From Anthoceros angustus (lineage: Eukaryota > Plantae > Anthocerotophyta), in contig MU008227.1 of the NCBI GenBank assembly GCA_010909165.1, positions 114,288-142,421 on the forward strand: 28,134 bases of DNA, in the 5' to 3' direction. A program made the translations under genes and the position numbers. The notes below the pieces were generated by a model. That model saw only the letters and a program-made list of their open reading frames with translations, made no database searches and was not told the origin of the DNA. Shown in pieces: positions 23,066 to 28,134 of this stretch; positions within the stretch are counted from its first letter, which is position 1; every line of letters starts with the position of its first letter.

Positions 23066-23211
23066 GCTGGGTAAACGAAGATTGAGTAAGTGAAGTGGAC
23101 CAAGAAAGGTGAGAATCACCAAGCGCAAACGGAGCTATCATTCTCTTGGGAACGGACCATACCACAACGACACGGACGCGCTACCGTCCATCACGAAAGT
23201 CGCGCCAACGA

Positions 23212-23935
23212 TATGGCCAAAGTTGAGGGAAAGGTGGTAAGAGAACCAGGCCGCAACTCCGCCGCCTTGGCCTCGGGCCTTCGAGTCCTAGGCGTCCCTC
23301 CCCGCCATTTCAACCTCTCGCCGGAAGCCGCACCCATGGTTCCGAATCCTAATCGCACCTCCGCCGCTAAGCCACGCCGCCACCACTTCGGCCTCACCGC
23401 CTGCTCGCCTGCATCGCAGACTAGCGACGCCACCGTGGCTTCGAGACCGGACCGCCCGTCGCGGGCTCGAGCTCGCCCGAGCCCAGGGCGCCACGCCCGG
23501 CCGAGTCCTGGGGCGCCCCGCCCGCCGTCAGGCGGATGCCGAGAGGCAGTCGGCCACTCTCCGGCCGAGCGATCGGCCCCGGCCGACGGGCTCGAGCCAA
23601 GTTGCGCGGCCGCCGCCTGCCTCGGCCGCCACACAAGGCCTCGGCCCTGATGGCTCAAATGAGGCCGCCTGCTGCCGGGCGCGCTGGCTCACCACACACA
23701 GACGCCTCGAGGTCAGATCACGCAACGCGGGCATGGCCGGCGGCTCATGACGGCTGGAGGGCTGAGGCGGCGGCCCCGGGTCATTGGCGCTACTGGCTGT
23801 TGGCTGGGCCTCCTACCGAGCCGGAGGCCGGAGGCGCCTGCTCGCTGCTACCCGCGGCCTCAAGCGAGGCCGTGAAGCGCCTGCGCCACGGCCGAGCTGG
23901 GCGGTGCCGAGCCTCCGCCTCGCTACCGCAGGCCT
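23212..23935 (-). mobile_element. Probable 5' remnant of the LINE (GC-rich ORF1 N-terminus or 5' UTR)
   Basis: Its first ~240 bp match 9203-9469, which is continuous with LINE ORF1; the right boundary is uncertain (may extend to ~24480). Confidence 0.45.
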
Positions 23936-24519
23936 GAAATAAAACCAAAAATGAAAACTGACGGATAAACGCTGGCCGGTCGGCGGTTACTAAGGTGGCG
24001 CCATACCACGGTGTGGGTCAGCCGGGCGGTTGTCGGTACGGGTTTTTAGCCGGCCGCAGCCCCGAAGCGGCACGCACGCGAAGCGGCGATCGAGTCGGGG
24101 GCTGATGCATCGGCCTCTCCGGCAGAGGCCGATTGGTCGGGGCGCAAGGCGACGAGGCGCCGCCTTGCCTGCAGCTCGAGCCCTCGGCCCGAGGTCCGAG
24201 CGAGGCGCCGCGCGTGCGCCGAACCTGCAACGCACCGAACCGGCCGGGCAATCCATCGGGAATCCGCCTACGCCTGCGGGTCCGCCGGCTCGAGCTCGCG
24301 TAGCCAGAGCCACCGCCGAATCACCCACGCCTGCTCGCCGCTCCCAGCCGGTAGCATGAATCCGACGCCTGGTGCTCACAGCCTCGCCCTAGCTCTGGCC
24401 TCCCAATCCGCCGCCGCCGAATCCGCCACGCTTCCCCCGCACCGCCGCTCCCCGCGCCACGCAATCCATGGTTGATATACTTGAGGCGCTAAATATTTAT
24501 TTTTGGAAGACAGTTGAGG

Positions 24520-24910
24520 AGGGCGCGCCCGGCCGGCGCCCATGGGTAGGGCAGGTGTTAGGGGAGGGCGCCGGGCCGGCCGGCGCCCATGGGCAAGGCA
24601 TGGCGTGGGCGCTGGCCGGCCGGCGCCCAAGGACGGCAGCGTTAGGGGCCACGCCGGCCCATGCAGTTAGGGGAGGGCGCTGCCGGCCCATGGGCGGTGG
24701 TGTTAGGGGAGGACGCCGCCGGCCGCCCATGGGTGGTGTTAGGGGAGGGCGCCGGCCGCCCATGGGTGGCGTGTTGGGGGGTGGCCACGCCCATGGGTAG
24801 GGTGTTAGGGGAGGGCGGCCACGGCCGCCCATGGGGGTGGTGTTAGGGGAGGGCGCCACGGCCGCGCCCATGAGTGAGACAGGGGAGGGCGCCGGCCGAC
24901 CGGCGCCTCC
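24520..24910 (+). repeat. GC-rich minisatellite, ~31-38 bp unit (ccatgggtggtgttaggggagggcgccggccgc), ~10 degenerate copies
   Basis: GTTAGGG cores at 24557, 24641, 24666, 24702, 24738, 24804 and 24842, with variants at 24773 and ~24880. Confidence 0.9.
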
Positions 24911-24949
24911 CTTAGCACCATCCTACGGCATAATGAAGCTAGGGGGGAC

Positions 24950-25850
24950 AAGAAGGAACGGCAGTATCCTATCACCGATGGAAGGTGTGGCCCATTTGCG
25001 TGAAGGGTTAAAAGATTTGCATCCATAGGTGACGCTGAAGAGTATAAGTGGTGGGAAGCCTGTGGACCGGAAGGAGATTGCTATCATTGTGGAGAATAAC
25101 ATTGGGCTAGTGCTACCCTTGGAAGTGGTTTTCACGCGTAAGTGGATCATACACGACCACTTCAAGTGCTTGATGAAGCTTTGCTAGATGAGGCATTATT
25201 GAGGGACCTCCCACGTGATATGTATTTGGGGCATATCAAAATGCGGGAAGGCAATCTGGAAATGGCACGATGAATGGGGACATAACGGAACCGAGAGGGA
25301 TGTTTCGCGCGGCTGCAATACGGACATGCATAATGTGCCATTCGGATTGGGAGGTCATTGACGTGAAGCTAAACGCACCACACCTCACTTTCTTATCCAC
25401 TAGTATCGGACCGAGCACATAGATGCGTATGAAGGAGATATGTGCAGAACACATAGTCCGCCAGAGTGGTAACCCATCCGTCCAATGCCGAGGAAAAAGG
25501 GAATAAGATCCATTACCTAAAAACATACAGAGGTATTTGTGAATGAAATCATCCCAGACATGGGTTTGTGTTGAACGACGGAAACATCAGATATGCTGGA
25601 CAAAAAGCGATAAGGGATAAGCTCAGTTGCGTGGCTTCATACAACTCGCGAGTGAAAGTGTCAAGATAGTGATGACAATGGAGGAGAAGTCGACCAAGTG
25701 ATGACGATGGATTGAACTCGGGATGAGTGAAACCGAAATCTGCTTCCCGGGTCCCAGAGTTAATGTTGTAAGTCCGGCTGTCGATGTTTCGTGTTAGGAA
25801 ATACCCCCGTGGCTTTTGTGGTGTCATAACAAAACCACATTTCCATCCCA
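24950..25850 (-). pseudogene. Probable En/Spm (CACTA/CMC superfamily) transposase fragment, truncated
   Basis: Across frames: ISDV...VWDDF (~25595-25545), LFLGI/TDGLPL (~25500-25455) and LEVVVYDPLTRENHF..VAL (~25165-25105), matching the order D..W..F / L.L..DG..P / GV..YD...F.LR..L of Tnp2. Frameshifts are needed, spacing is longer than usual and the C-terminal half is not seen. Confidence 0.45.
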
Positions 25851-27981
25851 AAATCGAAGTTTATGCCCGGCAGAACGGCCTTCCTCACCGCTCCTACTTT
25901 GCATCATTCCCTAGGTTCGAGGACCACCATTCGGCCACAAACATTGCCGGATGGAAAGTAGTAACTTTATCCGGTGACACCTTTTTTCGGAGTCGCCTAA
26001 TGCCTTCAAAACGCTGCTTTAGGGCCCATCAAAACCCTTCAGAGATTATTTATGAAACCCCTTCGAGATTATTCACCCCCTTAAAAAATTATCGTGTTAA
26101 GGTCTCTCATAGCTGTACTGCTTACATTCCCACTTCTCAAATATCTCGGCCACATACCTCTAGACTTCTTCATCAACTTTGCCACATGAGTCCGGTTCCT
26201 GTCCACAAGCCTCGTGATACGCACTTGGGCCATGCTTTGTTGCATCCCACTTTGGGATCTTGCCCACCAAGATACACATCCAGCTTCCAACCTACGCCGC
26301 ACTTCAAACCTTCGATCTCCTAGATAGCAACTCACTTCTAATGTAACGACTCGGTCCATGAAAGTAAATGTCTTTCTTGCATCCGCGATCGTGTTGTGGT
26401 CCGTCTACAATCCTCATCTCCCTCCGTGAGTCCTAGGACATATGCATCCATCCACTTGTACTCTTCCTTCAAGGATGAGACAGACGGGACCTTGCCTGGA
26501 AAGAATGATTACCCCCCAAGACGAAAGACTTGTACACACCTTGGTCCACCTTCTCAACGTCCAAATTCTTTTTGTCAGCACACTGTGAAGGATCGACTAT
26601 CACAACCATTGGCGGCACACCACCCACCCAGGATGTTGTTTCATCTTTTGCATCAAAGCCTCCACCCAAGCGAGATCCAGTTTCACCGGCTCACACTCCT
26701 CCGTGGTTTGCAACACTTGATTGGCAGCTTCAAAGTAGACTCCCAAACTCTTTTGATAGCAATACCGTCCTTTCTACGTCCGGCTTTGCATCCGCTCTTA
26801 TTGCAAAGAAGCCTCATCGTAGCGACTGCTACTGCCCTTAGCTTTCTCCACAAACCGCAGCGGTTCATCCTCCTCTCTTCTTTGTTCTCCTCCACAATTG
26901 GGGCTTCCCTTGTTTCCCTTTGATTTCTTGGCTTTCCCATTGTCATAGCACCACTAACTGCTTTGCCAACAAAAGCTTCCTCTCTTCCTTCCCTTGGCGC
27001 ATTTCCGACGATGGGGACTCGCTTGTACCCCTTCTACGATCCAACATACTGGACCTCTCGTGAGCAATCACGGATGGGGAAACCTCGAGATCGCTCTCTT
27101 CGCCGGCCGCCAAGCTTCTCCTCTCGCCAGAGCCACCTTCAGATCCCGATGCCTTCCGACTCGTCCGCAAAATACCATCCGGAAATGCCTCATTGTCCTC
27201 ACTCCCTAGTGTCCTCGCTGCATCTTGCTTTCCTTCCCTTTGCCATGGAGGAGTGCGCATGGGGTCCAAGTCCGGCCCCGCTCAAAACCCGGACGTCCGG
27301 TGCCGCACATCGGGGCATCACCAGGCGACATGATGAGACGAATGCGCCGGGCTCACCGCCATGACCCATGTGACCATTAGCCAACGGCAAACATTTGCGT
27401 AATCTTTATTCTGGATGCTTTCTAAGCAAAGTGATTGCCGGGTTGTTTCTCAACATGCATCACCGGGTTGTTTCAATATTTGCAGTAAGCATACCATCTT
27501 CTCCATTGCCGGGCTGCATCCTTGCAGATGCCCTTGTTGGTTGCTTCTCACCGTAATTGCTTCGCGCGATGAACCGGTGGGTTGCTTCGAACCGCAGATG
27601 CATTTCACACCGGTACGGTCCACATGCACCGCCACGCCATCGTGAGTATCCCGCCGGCGGATGCACCCCGCCTGGGCGCCATATGGGTGGCGACCGGAAG
27701 TCAAGCCCGCTTTAGCTCCACTAACGGTTTGCCTCACTCCTTCTAAACAAATTTGGTGTATAACCTTGTGGAACACAATGTACCCATCATTGTTTCTCAA
27801 CTCGCAGTAGCCTCACGGACACCTACCGGCAAGACACAGTTGTCAAAAGTCTTGATCGCAGGTGAGTAGACGCGAACGACATTGGGGTTTGCCGTGGTCG
27901 CCTTCACCGCAGGGGAAAATTAGCACCTGGTCATTCTTCTCAACGAAAGTCGCTGCCTCGTCTGGGCCTCACGCCGCCTGG

Positions 27982-28001
27982 TTTTTTTTTCGGTAGCAGT
28001 G
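27982..28001 (-). repeat. Candidate CACTG-type terminal inverted repeat
   Basis: Reverse complement reads CACTGCTACCGAAAAAAAAA, upstream of and co-oriented with the putative transposase; no convincing partner in the window. Confidence 0.4.
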
Positions 28002-28134
28002 AAATTTTAGAGAGAGAATCGGCCTTTTGGCCATTATTTTACCCAAGATAGTAAAATTCATTACACTATAGTAGAAAACATGCCAAGTGGGGTGGATATG
28101 ATCTACCATCAAGGTGGAAAAGAGCACTAGAGTA

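Larger units (their letters stand above)
9496..23210 (+). mobile_element. Full-length Ty3/gypsy LTR retrotransposon, non-chromovirus (Athila/Tat-like)
   Basis: Two ~4.3-kb direct repeats flank PBS-gag-PR-RT-RNaseH-IN in gypsy order; RT motifs SFLDGYSGYNQ and KTTFTTEWG; no chromodomain before the pol stop; flanked by gtatg (9491-9495) and atatg (23211-23215). Confidence 0.92.
18998..23210 (+). repeat. 3' LTR (~4.21 kb); alternative start at 18965
   Basis: Starts tgtgggct like 9496; ends gaaagtcgcgccaac(g) like gaaaagtcgcgccaca at 13871. Confidence 0.8.

Noticed and set aside
23934-23970. AT-rich island read as a splice acceptor (ttttatttcag) or as the LINE target-site duplication
   Set aside because: No matching donor or exon identified, and similarity to the sequence left of 4709 (accaatgaat versus accaaaaatgaa) is too weak.
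9500-24900. Dozens of overlapping Arg/Pro/Ser/Gly-rich ORFs on both strands in the track
   Set aside because: Expected from GC-rich, stop-poor sequence; they are frameshift fragments or antisense shadows of the gag, pol and extra ORFs, or translations of the minisatellite.
24520-24910. CRISPR array or true telomeric repeat
   Set aside because: No unique spacers between units, and TTAGGG is not tandemly repeated.
26031-26073. ~22-bp tandem duplication (aaacccttc(a)gagattatt twice)
   Set aside because: Ordinary local slippage with no further structure.

Overview
Eukaryotic, transposon-saturated DNA; the element types suggest a non-seed plant or streptophyte alga (inference). No intact host gene, RNA gene or CRISPR array is visible. 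The window is a nest. (1) A ~13.7-kb non-chromoviral Ty3/gypsy element (Athila/Tat-like RT, tRNA-Asp-type PBS; 9496-23210, +) has unusually long ~4.3-kb direct repeats that each contain a ~2.1-kb extra ORF. (2) It is inserted into ORF1 of an APE-type LINE (4709-9495 plus a 5' remnant from 23212, -). (3) To the right lie a GC-rich TTAGGG-containing minisatellite, a probable decayed En/Spm (CACTA-like) transposase and a CACTG-type terminus. (4) To the left is the most notable item: one 534-codon minus-strand frame (3970-2369, 8 internal stops, no frameshift required) carrying motifs of a bacterial/phage-type beta-class N4-cytosine/N6-adenine DNA methyltransferase, preceded by a possible ParB-like segment; it may be DNA-transposon cargo. 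The retroelements are riddled with 1-3 bp indels that look like long-read error, so their boundaries and frames are approximate. All calls are manual motif recognition; no database search was run.
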